64,000 nt of DNA. It comes from Perkinsela sp. CCAP 1560/9 (lineage: Eukaryota > Protista > Euglenozoa: Kinetoplastea). This document shows positions 50,831-59,906 of this stretch, piece after piece; position 1 is the first letter of the stretch; every line of letters starts with the position of its first letter. Where the stretch lies: NCBI GenBank assembly GCA_965644495.1, contig CBFFSA010000006.1:558001-622000 (forward strand), given 5' to 3'. A program made the translations under genes and the position numbers. Below the pieces are notes generated by a model that searched no databases, was not told the origin of the DNA, and saw nothing but the letters and a program-made list of their open reading frames with translations.

Positions 50831-52159
50831 ATGTCCGAGCCAGACAAAGCGTTCATTGACGCGCAAGAGTGCGAGGAAATCTTTGATGTGGTAGAAACGG
50901 CGAATCTCGCTCGAGCCGCTACATTGAGACTCTCGCATGGGTCCGTTCGGGCACCTGTCTTTATGCCTGTTGGCACCCAAGGTGCCATCAAGGGCATTAC
51001 CTTCGATCAGATGAAAACCCAACTAGATTGCGAAATACTGCTTGCCAACACCTACCACCTGGGCCTGCGTCCCGGAGAGGAACTACTACGTGACGTTGGT
51101 GGTCTTCACAAGCTTGCGGGCTGGAACCGTAGTATGCTAACCGACAGCGGGGGGTTCCAAATGGTTAGTTTACTTCCGTTGGCGAATATTACTGAGGATG
51201 GCGTCTCGTTTGCCTCGAGTCATGATGACACCCGAATTCTGTTACGACCAGAGGATAGTATGCGGATTCAAAACGCAATCGGGGCAGATATTATTATGCA
51301 ACTGGATGACGTCGTGCACGTGAGAACGACCGGTCCCCGGGTGGAGGAAGCCATGCACCGTAGCATTCGCTGGCTCGACCGCTGCATTGCCTCGCACCAA
51401 GCCCCCAAATCACAGCACCTTTTTGCGATTATACAAGGGGGTACGGACCTCGATCTACGTTCCCACTGTGTTCGTGAAATGACCCGTCGGAACTGTCCTG
51501 GGTATGCCATCGGGGGACTGAGCGGGGGAGAGGCGAAGGAAGTGTTCTGGCGGGTCGTCGCCCGTTGTACGGCAGAGCTGCCTCGGGACAAGCCTCGATA
51601 TGTCATGGGGGTGGGCTACCCTGTGGACATTGTCGTGTGCGTCGCACTGGGTGCAGACATGTTTGATTGTGTCTACCCGACCCGAACGGCGCGGTTTGGG
51701 ACCGCACTCACCTCACGTGGGTTGATTCATATTGGAAAGCCTCACTACGCCGCGGATTGCGGGCCACTTGAATCCGGGTGCACCTGCGTGACATGCTGCA
51801 GATTTACTCGACAACAGTTACACAAAATGTCGAAGCAGGGAGGAGTAATTGGGAGCCTTCTTTCTTTACACAACCTCCATTATATGCTTACTTTGATGCG
51901 CGCGATGCGTCAGTCCATAGTGTCGAAATCTTTTTCCAGATTTGTTACACATTTTATGGTGGATTATTTTTCCGCAGAAGAGGAGCAATTTCTGTCGAAA
52001 ATCGAAATATCTACGAACTGTTCTTCCAGAGGCACAATTTCTTCTGAAAGATATCAAGATAGGTACATTCCGGAATGGGTATATGAAGCTCTCTCGTATG
52101 CAGGCATCGATTTACGAAGCGAAATAATGAGCTTAAAACCGGTGAATGTCAGAAGGTAA
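50831..52159 (+). CDS. QTRT1: Queuine tRNA-ribosyltransferase catalytic subunit (TGT/QTRT1)
   Basis: PVFMPVGTQG, LANTYHLGLRPG, LTDSGGFQMVSL, GADIIMQLDD, AIGGLSGGE, PRYVMGVG, DMFDCVYPTRTARFG, CxCxxC...HNL. Confidence 0.96.
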   Translation: MSEPDKAFIDAQECEEIFDVVETANLARAATLRLSHGSVRAPVFMPVGTQGAIKGITFDQMKTQLDCEILLANTYHLGLRPGEELLRDVGGLHKLAGWNRSMLTDSGGFQMVSLLPLANITEDGVSFASSHDDTRILLRPEDSMRIQNAIGADIIMQLDDVVHVRTTGPRVEEAMHRSIRWLDRCIASHQAPKSQHLFAIIQGGTDLDLRSHCVREMTRRNCPGYAIGGLSGGEAKEVFWRVVARCTAELPRDKPRYVMGVGYPVDIVVCVALGADMFDCVYPTRTARFGTALTSRGLIHIGKPHYAADCGPLESGCTCVTCCRFTRQQLHKMSKQGGVIGSLLSLHNLHYMLTLMRAMRQSIVSKSFSRFVTHFMVDYFSAEEEQFLSKIEISTNCSSRGTISSERYQDRYIPEWVYEALSYAGIDLRSEIMSLKPVNVRR

Positions 52160-52590
52160 CATCTGTGTCATGACTGGCAACCCTAGAGAAAATCTTTGCT
52201 AGGGTTAATAAAAAAATGAGCTATCAATTTGTGTTTCTTAATTTGAAAAATTGGAGCCTTGATTCTTGCATACACCCTTCCACTATGGATAATCTTCCCT
52301 TCTTCCTTACATCTCCAAATTCGAAATTTTGTTTATTCGATTTTGACTCAATTGAATTCCCTCTTCTATTTGCTCTCGCAATACTTAGGGAGACTATAAC
52401 TCTTGCTACACATTAGTAATACTGTATACTACTGTACCGTTACGCGACATTTGATGATCGGTGATAGAGTGGTAGCTAAATCATCACAATGTTAAAGTAC
52501 TTCAGTCATTTAACATTAACCTATTTGCAACGTATACTTTTTTGGGATGTATAAGTTTACTTAGAACAAGCACGTATCACAATATTCTTG

Positions 52591-53199
52591 ATGGAGAACC
52601 TCATAGGCATCGCGTTTGAAAGTCATATTGTTCTTGCTGCTAGCGCACAAGAAACATTTCATTATATACAACTACACAACGAGGCGGACAAACTATTTCC
52701 AATCGATGAAAATAAGATTCTTGCCGTTGCGGGAACGAACGCTCATCGTACTAATTTAGTGGAGTACATACATCGTAACCTGGAGCTAACCAAATTACGC
52801 GCGCATGGTGTGAAGAAAAGCACACATGCTACGGCACATTTCATCCGAGGGGAGCTCGCTTCCGCTCTTCGAAGCGAGGAAGGACCACACGAATGTTTTC
52901 TGATCTTGGCTGGATGTGAATCGGGTGGAAAGTCAGATGGAAGCCCAAAATCGAGTCTTTATTTTCTTGATTATTTGGGCACTATTCAGAAAGTTCCGTA
53001 TTGTTGTCACGGTTACGGCGCTACCTTTGCAACCGCAATTTTGGATCGATACTACCGCCGAGACATGACAGTTGAAGAAAGTCTTGAATTACTGAAAAAA
53101 TGTATGGATGAAATTCGGCAACGAATCATTATCAATAACGAAAAATTTGTAGTGAAAGTATTGAAAGAAGGTGGACTCGACTCTGTGCAGAGTTACTAA
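52591..53199 (+). CDS. PSMB2: Proteasome subunit beta type-2 (beta4/PRE1)
   Basis: ME.LIGI, DK, EYI..N..L, A.F.R.ELA.ALRS, LY.LDYLGT..KVPY..HGYG..F...ILDRYY. Confidence 0.92.
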   Translation: MENLIGIAFESHIVLAASAQETFHYIQLHNEADKLFPIDENKILAVAGTNAHRTNLVEYIHRNLELTKLRAHGVKKSTHATAHFIRGELASALRSEEGPHECFLILAGCESGGKSDGSPKSSLYFLDYLGTIQKVPYCCHGYGATFATAILDRYYRRDMTVEESLELLKKCMDEIRQRIIINNEKFVVKVLKEGGLDSVQSY

Positions 53200-53630
53200 A
53201 CCTTTTGAATAAACTAATTTTAGCTTCTAAACAGGGGTGCGATGCCTCAAACACTTTCTTCGAAAAGCAACATACCGAGAGAATTTTCTGCTGAGCAAAT
53301 GGTTACTATTTATGATGATGGTCTTGATAATCTTTGAATCTTTCATTAGGAAAGAGAATACTCTAAGAGTATCCCCTTTTGGCCAAATAGTTACATGGTT
53401 TTTTGTTCTTTTCTTGAAAGCATTATTTTTTAGCATCGTGTTTGGTAAAACTTTTTTGCTGAATAATTCAAAAATACCACGCCTTAAACGTCTTTATGTA
53501 GTAAGCTCTAAGTACGTAAGTTTGGTACCATTAATTTTTCCTCATCAATCCATATGACGATCCACGCTGTACGCATTCATTGGTCAACCTATTGGTAGTG
53601 AGCAGGTTCCTTGCCTCTTCCACTATCAAA

Positions 53631-53843
53631 ATGGATATATTTAAACCCAAGCAAATATTATCTAACCTAGGAACACCTCGGATACTGGAAGATCTGTTGA
53701 GCGATATTCTCGTTGAAACCCCGGATGATGTGTTTCTCTTTATCTCAGAATGGTCAAAGCTTCGACTGCGAAAATTTGAAATGCAGAAAAGTGTGGCAGA
53801 AAATATGATTCCGAGAACACAAACCCCAGAGTGCGACCGCTGA
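53631..53843 (+). CDS. Small RIIa/Dpy-30-like dimerisation-docking domain protein
   Basis: L...G.P.ILEDLL.DIL.E.PDD...FI.EW pattern in a 70-aa ORF. Confidence 0.55.
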   Translation: MDIFKPKQILSNLGTPRILEDLLSDILVETPDDVFLFISEWSKLRLRKFEMQKSVAENMIPRTQTPECDR

Positions 53844-54033
53844 TACATGCATCGATACCTAAAAAAATGATCCCCGCTTTTTAGTGTGTACAATAATTTT
53901 TTCGAGAGATTTGAAAAGATTAAATCTTTAAGATTTCGAAAGTTGTTTAATTCTTCTTTCTTTTGAAAATTGTTTAATTACATTAAATTTCTCCTTTTTT
54001 AATAAAGCGAAAAACGTTTTTTAAGTCTTTCTC

Positions 54034-54702
54034 ATGGACGAGCACCAGAGAAATGTCACCGAGTCCGAAGTCCCGCAGCCGTCTAAGTTTTTGAATGTGG
54101 CCCGGAAGGCATGGATTTCATCTCTACGTTTGTCTGCCATTGTTCTCAATTGCTTGCTTCCCGTTTACTGTGTACTTGGACTCATTGGACATCTTTTTGA
54201 CGTTGTGACCTTAGTTTTACACATCTACATTGCATTGTTATCTTCTTTGTGCCTTGCATGCGAACTCCGATTTATTTCTTTCATTCGCCGCATAGCTTAT
54301 CCCATACTTCGATGGATCTATTTTCTTACATTTCACGAAACTCGGGGAGCATTTTACATTTTTTTGGGCACTTTAATGTGCAAACGCAGCTCTGCGATTA
54401 GCCTAGTCTTTGCTGTAGCACTGATGGTTGTGGGATTGTTGTGGATAGTATTGAACCGTCTCTATCAACTAGATTATCCTGTTGATTCACAGATAAAGCA
54501 ATCTCTTGGCGAAGTGAGCGAAAACGTCATATCACAGGAAACTATGGAGAAAACCTTTGAGACAGTTCTTACTCGATTTCACAAAACACGAGCAAGATTG
54601 TCGAAAGATGATTCAGGTGTAGAAAAAAGTTCACATTCTTCATGCGGAGAATCGCAGAATGTCAATTTATCTTCAATTGCGGTGAACATTAGCAATGATT
54701 AA
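54034..54702 (+). CDS. Golgi membrane protein TVP15 / COPI-associated family
   Basis: Multi-TM protein with the FL.....RG.FYIFLG.L signature. Confidence 0.75.
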   Translation: MDEHQRNVTESEVPQPSKFLNVARKAWISSLRLSAIVLNCLLPVYCVLGLIGHLFDVVTLVLHIYIALLSSLCLACELRFISFIRRIAYPILRWIYFLTFHETRGAFYIFLGTLMCKRSSAISLVFAVALMVVGLLWIVLNRLYQLDYPVDSQIKQSLGEVSENVISQETMEKTFETVLTRFHKTRARLSKDDSGVEKSSHSSCGESQNVNLSSIAVNISND

Positions 54703-55209
54703 CCGATTCTTGTTGTCATTTCGGGATATTTTTTTCTAAGAATTTCAAGGATGCTGATGGCCTTAGGAGTGGCCATACAGAAGGGTAGTGCCCATATAGT
54801 GCAGGCGGCGGTACATGATTGGTACCACTGCGTCGTGCGTTAACTGGGCCGGGGATTACAAAGGAAAGGAAGCTAAGAATACTTTTTCTCACAATGTTAG
54901 GAACATTGTGACTGCGCTTCAAGTTACTTGAGACAATTTAGTAAAAAATGAATCATCTCATTGAGCAATAATTTTAGGAACTTGTTTCGAGTTTCTTAGT
55001 TTTCAAGTGGAATATTCGTAGTTCGTTTTTTTACATACATTTATTTGTAACATGTAACTTTACATGTTGGTAAGTTATCTAGGTTTAGAAAACGCGGGAA
55101 CTTTATTCAGATTTGAAATAACGTATTTTGTCTGCTGACCAAACCACTTTTATCGCACATTACTTCTCGTGTGACTCGCAATCTCTAAAATAGAAACTAA
55201 GTTGTATAA

Positions 55210-57684
55210 ATGTTGTTCGATGGTTTACATTTTGCGCTTACGGGAAGGGGTAAGGATGTGCGAAATGTTCGGGATCTTATTATTTCCCAAGGAGGAAAGA
55301 TTTTACCGAAGGAAACATCCACGATCAAAGCTTTAATAGTAAGTAGCGTTGCACCAAGCGTTAAAAAGATAGCTTTATCCGAAGCTTTAGGCGTTCCCTG
55401 CGTTACGGCCTCCTGGGTATCAGATTCCATTGCTGTTGGAAGCATCCAACCCGTGAAGAAATACTCAATTGAAAATTCTTCTATTCACAAGTGCAACGAC
55501 TCGTTGAGCGCAGACGTTCAACCTATCGAACTTATTCTAAAATCGACTCCACCCACTAAAAGTAGTCGATTGAATTTCGCAGACAGAAGGGTCATTCATG
55601 GTTCATCGACTAAAACTTCGAACAGGAAAATAAGGAAAAACGTTCTTTTACACGATGAATGTAGCAATACTTTTGAAGCAAGGTTATCACAACAACTAGA
55701 CATCGGACACAAAAAGCATTCTGGGGTAACTAAAAACCGTGAAGATTTTTCTCTTTCACAGCATTCGAACGATCCAAAATGCATGAAAGTGATTACTGCC
55801 ACTGAGTTTTGCTCAAGGCTCGGCCAGGAACCCAAAAGGGAACATAGTCGTCAATGCGCGGCGCCTTCCCTTTTTTCACATGAAAAAGCATTACAGATGT
55901 CTCGGCCGTCAGCGCATATTCCTGAGGAGCCTATTGCTTCTCCCGAAGAGCAAACACAGCGCCCGTTGCGTTTGTCCACAGCGCTTCCTGTCATGCCTTC
56001 GTCAAGGTGCAACTTTAACCAAAAAATACAGGCGTGCAGCACTAATCCGATAGGCAAATCCAAGTATTTTGATCGTGAAGGGGAAAATCATGATCTAAAA
56101 ATCTTGAATACTGCCTCAGTCAAGTCTAACGTTACCTCGCGTACAGAACTCTATGTTCCTCCCGATAATTTTGGTCCTAACGACAAGAAAAAATCTGCAA
56201 TGGACGCTCAAAAAGTGTCTCATTTGATGACAGGTCCCAGAAAATCATTAATTTCTCGCAAACCTTCTCTTCGCAATCTTAATCAGGCAAGTTCGGACGA
56301 ACTTGCCGTCGCCGAGCTGAGAACTTCCACCGAGAGCGACTGTTCTGTGAGAAGAAATACAAGGAAGCCTTCTCCTCCTTCTGTAACAACTAATGGCTTA
56401 GAAGCTTGTTTTCCACCTCGTCCATCTCCATACCTCTCTCGCGCACCACCACCTCTTCCATCTCGCCTTCATACACGTTCAGGGTATCGTTCTCAGTCCG
56501 CACTGGAAAAAACAAGAAGTACTGCGGCGGATACCACCACAGGAAGTACGGCTCCTCACGCCAACGTTCACAGAGATTCTACACGACTAGGATTTCACAA
56601 ACCATTCCCCTCAGGAAGCTATAATGTAAACTCTAGAGCAGACGTTTCTTCTAACAATCGTCTTCTAACACGCACTGCAACCAGGAAACCGATTGTACTT
56701 AAGCAAACAGGAACAGGGGAGCGAAAGAAAGCGGATCTCCAATCTCAAGGAAATTTGGCAAGAAACGTATTGGAGCACCCCGCAGGCAGAGCTTTGGATC
56801 CGGAGTCTGTAGCACAAATACTACTCCAAATTGTAGACAATGCCCTACCTGTTACATTCGAGTCGATATCTGGTTTAGAACATTGCAAGCAAATATTGCG
56901 AGAATCTGTTATTTTGCCCTCGAAACGACCCGAGTTATTCACTGGCTTGCGTCGACCATGTGCAGCGCTTTTACTGTTTGGTCCACCGGGAAACGGAAAA
57001 ACTATGTTAGCTAAAGCAATTGCATGTGAGTGTAAGACTACGTTTTTCAACATAAGTGCCAGTGCCATTGCTTCCAAATGGGTCGGAGATTCGGAAAAAT
57101 TAGTTCGCGCTCTCTTCGGCACTGCAAGAGCATTGTCGCCATCGACAATATTTATAGACGAAATTGACAGCATGCTACAAGTACGAGGATCTTCAAATGA
57201 ACTCGAAGGATCACGTCGCCTAAAAACAGAGTTTCTGGTACAAATGGATGGGGCAGGTAACGATTACAGCCAATATCGCGTCATGGTCATGGGTGCTACG
57301 AATCGTCCGTACGATTTGGATGATGCCGTTTTGCGTCGTTTTCCAAAACGTGTCATGGTACCTTTGCCGGGATGCGACACACGAAAATCAATGCTTTCAA
57401 ATTTACTCAAGGAAGAAAAGTGTACTTTCGATTCTGGGGATTGGGAAAAACTTTCAAAATTGACCGAACATTATAGTGCGAGTGATCTCTCACAGTTATG
57501 CAAGGATATGGCGCTATCTCCGATTCGTGATCTGGGAGCTCGAGCGCTGGAGGTCGAGATAGCGGACCTACGAGCCATTAATTTTAATGATGCACTGGAG
57601 TGTTTGAAGACGATACGTCCATCCACAAGTACATCTATGCTTGAAAGACTGGCTACGTGGAATCAGGAATATGGATCACGATAG
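55210..57684 (+). CDS. Spastin/fidgetin-like AAA ATPase with an N-terminal BRCT domain
   Basis: BRCT: LF.G..F.LTG...LI...GGKI...V...WV.DS. AAA: LP..RPELFTGLR.P...LLLFGPPGNGKTMLAKA, SKWVG.SEK, FIDEID, SRRLKTEFLVQMDG, ATNRP..LD.A..RRF, W...YG. Confidence 0.9.
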   Translation: MLFDGLHFALTGRGKDVRNVRDLIISQGGKILPKETSTIKALIVSSVAPSVKKIALSEALGVPCVTASWVSDSIAVGSIQPVKKYSIENSSIHKCNDSLSADVQPIELILKSTPPTKSSRLNFADRRVIHGSSTKTSNRKIRKNVLLHDECSNTFEARLSQQLDIGHKKHSGVTKNREDFSLSQHSNDPKCMKVITATEFCSRLGQEPKREHSRQCAAPSLFSHEKALQMSRPSAHIPEEPIASPEEQTQRPLRLSTALPVMPSSRCNFNQKIQACSTNPIGKSKYFDREGENHDLKILNTASVKSNVTSRTELYVPPDNFGPNDKKKSAMDAQKVSHLMTGPRKSLISRKPSLRNLNQASSDELAVAELRTSTESDCSVRRNTRKPSPPSVTTNGLEACFPPRPSPYLSRAPPPLPSRLHTRSGYRSQSALEKTRSTAADTTTGSTAPHANVHRDSTRLGFHKPFPSGSYNVNSRADVSSNNRLLTRTATRKPIVLKQTGTGERKKADLQSQGNLARNVLEHPAGRALDPESVAQILLQIVDNALPVTFESISGLEHCKQILRESVILPSKRPELFTGLRRPCAALLLFGPPGNGKTMLAKAIACECKTTFFNISASAIASKWVGDSEKLVRALFGTARALSPSTIFIDEIDSMLQVRGSSNELEGSRRLKTEFLVQMDGAGNDYSQYRVMVMGATNRPYDLDDAVLRRFPKRVMVPLPGCDTRKSMLSNLLKEEKCTFDSGDWEKLSKLTEHYSASDLSQLCKDMALSPIRDLGARALEVEIADLRAINFNDALECLKTIRPSTSTSMLERLATWNQEYGSR

Positions 57685-57912
57685 GAATATTTTATATCAC
57701 CATAGCATGAATAAACACAAGTACATTGTATACATGCACCAGACGCTTTTTTTGTTTTCCCATCTAAAATAAGTAATTTTGGGAATGCAAAATATGCTTG
57801 CATGTGCATATCTGATCAATGTTGTCCACCAATTTACATTGTATTATAACAATTACCGTTCAAGCATTATATTCACTAGTTACATCGTGATAGCGCTCAA
57901 TCATTGACAATA

Positions 57913-59604
57913 ATGACTAACCAAGAAAAGCCTCTAACGGGAAGCCCACCACATGAATTATGTTCCTCGTGCGTTGAGGCTGAAAATCCTTCTATGCCAT
58001 CACACGCTTACACATCGGCACAACACTTGTCTGACGCTTCTACCTCCTACGAAAGCAATTTAGACAGCGTCATACAATCTCCTCTTTCCTCGTCTACGCG
58101 ATCGCTTTCCATGTCTTCTCAGGATTCAAGGAGGGGTTTGATTAATGATTTGGAAAGAACAAGTGGATTCGCCAAAAGGAAAAACATCTCAACGAACGCA
58201 TCAATATACTCGGAACCTTCCGCATCTCCCAACGAAAATTATGATGAATTTCCCAATTTTCAACCGGGTTCTCCTTGTGCTTTACAAAGCTTTGATGTAA
58301 AAGAAGCTAATAGCCATTCTAGAGGCGCGTGTCTCTCTACGAAATCAGAGATCGGTTTGTGCAAACCATTACTGTCTACTCATCGACGGCCATTGGCGAA
58401 TTCAACCCCTAACCAGAATATGGACTCGCTAGATTCTTCCTCTCGACTAGAGATCCAGCACAGTACGGCGAGCCCGATCCACATTACAGATGGAAAACCT
58501 TTTCTTCGACATTCGCATGGCACACGAACGCGAGGAACTAACCATCGCCCTCCCAATCGTGAGCCGAGAAATAGACATCGCAAAAACTTCCGTCCACCTG
58601 GTCGATCTTCTTCCTTTGGGGGAAAAGTAGCAGTGATGTGCGTTTCGGATGCTATTGATATTACGGAATTAGAAGGTCTATTTAAGGAAAACGATTACGT
58701 TACCTATCTTCGTGATGAGGTGCTTCATGTCACTAACATACGCGGGTATTCTAGTCCACTTCCTGAGAGTGATCAGGATCCACGTTTTGACTTGTTCATA
58801 TTTCCGTATGGATCCATTGTATGGTGGGGAACAGATATGGATTCTTACCGCCTCGTTGTGGAACGCGATTTTTTGGTTCCGCACAATCCGTATCTACACG
58901 GTTTATCGTCGTCGCGCAGCAACTCTACTACTCAAGACTACATTAAGGAACGATATAGCCAGCGGACTTTGGAAGAACTCTTTCCTCTTTGGCTGACATT
59001 TACCGTTCGGGAATCTAAAGAGGAGAGTAGTGATGATCTCCCTTTAGCTGCATTCGTCCAAGAGCTTCAACATGATCACGTACTTCTCCAATCACATCTT
59101 CCTGCGTACAAACAATCCATCAGCCACGCCTTAGCCCAGAGTGCGAAATTGGATGTCTTGGAACCTCTTGTCGCAGAGTTGTTGTTCTTCTGCAAACCCT
59201 TACCTCTGCAACTTTCAATGAAAGGACGTGCTCAAATATCACCTAAAAAAGTAAATCAGCTCAAAGGTGAGCTCTTTCTTTACCGTATGGTTCTTCGTGA
59301 TGTTCTAGATGAACCAGACTTCTTGTGGGAATTTAGTTGGTTTTCTCCTTTTTACGACATGGTGAAAGAAGATTACAGTATCGAGACTCGTGTGCTTTTT
59401 CTTGAAGAAAAACTTGAAGGCGTTCATGATATACTTCAAATGTTGGGCATGCAATTTTCTCAACAGCACAACACTCGACTCGAGTGGATCATAATACTTC
59501 TCATAGTTGCTGCTGTTGTAATTGCAGTTTTTCAACTGTGGGTGCAAGTGAAAAGGATAGCCAGAATGAAGCACCATCTTACCTCCCTTACTCTCTCAAC
59601 TTAA
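57913..59604 (+). CDS. RMD1/DUF155 (RMND1-like) family protein, copy 1
   Basis: LFIFPYGSIVWWG, ISHALAQSAKL, LDEPDFLWE, I..RV..L.EKL, RLEWIII.LI + C-terminal TM. Confidence 0.9.
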   Translation: MTNQEKPLTGSPPHELCSSCVEAENPSMPSHAYTSAQHLSDASTSYESNLDSVIQSPLSSSTRSLSMSSQDSRRGLINDLERTSGFAKRKNISTNASIYSEPSASPNENYDEFPNFQPGSPCALQSFDVKEANSHSRGACLSTKSEIGLCKPLLSTHRRPLANSTPNQNMDSLDSSSRLEIQHSTASPIHITDGKPFLRHSHGTRTRGTNHRPPNREPRNRHRKNFRPPGRSSSFGGKVAVMCVSDAIDITELEGLFKENDYVTYLRDEVLHVTNIRGYSSPLPESDQDPRFDLFIFPYGSIVWWGTDMDSYRLVVERDFLVPHNPYLHGLSSSRSNSTTQDYIKERYSQRTLEELFPLWLTFTVRESKEESSDDLPLAAFVQELQHDHVLLQSHLPAYKQSISHALAQSAKLDVLEPLVAELLFFCKPLPLQLSMKGRAQISPKKVNQLKGELFLYRMVLRDVLDEPDFLWEFSWFSPFYDMVKEDYSIETRVLFLEEKLEGVHDILQMLGMQFSQQHNTRLEWIIILLIVAAVVIAVFQLWVQVKRIARMKHHLTSLTLST

Positions 59605-59906
59605 GGATAAAAAAAATGCTAACATTCGAATCGCGGTTTGATGCCTTTAATTCTGTGTACTCATTGAAATGATACATTTCTTGAAATGTTAAATGATTAT
59701 AATGGTAGGCTGAATTACCGACATTACTTTGATTATAGGATGTATGTTGACGAATCGATGACTTTCGTTCAATAAAAAAATGTAACTTACACTTAGTTTT
59801 TCAACAAATTTTCATTCTATTTTTGCAAAAGATATTCTATTTGAGATTCGCATGATATTTGTTACTCCGGTTCTCAATTCGTGATCGTTCGCAGTACAAG
59901 ACTGAA

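Noticed and set aside
54845-54865. Minus-strand GTAATCCCCGG resembling RNase MRP CR-I
   Set aside because: No matching CR-V/P4 partner found.
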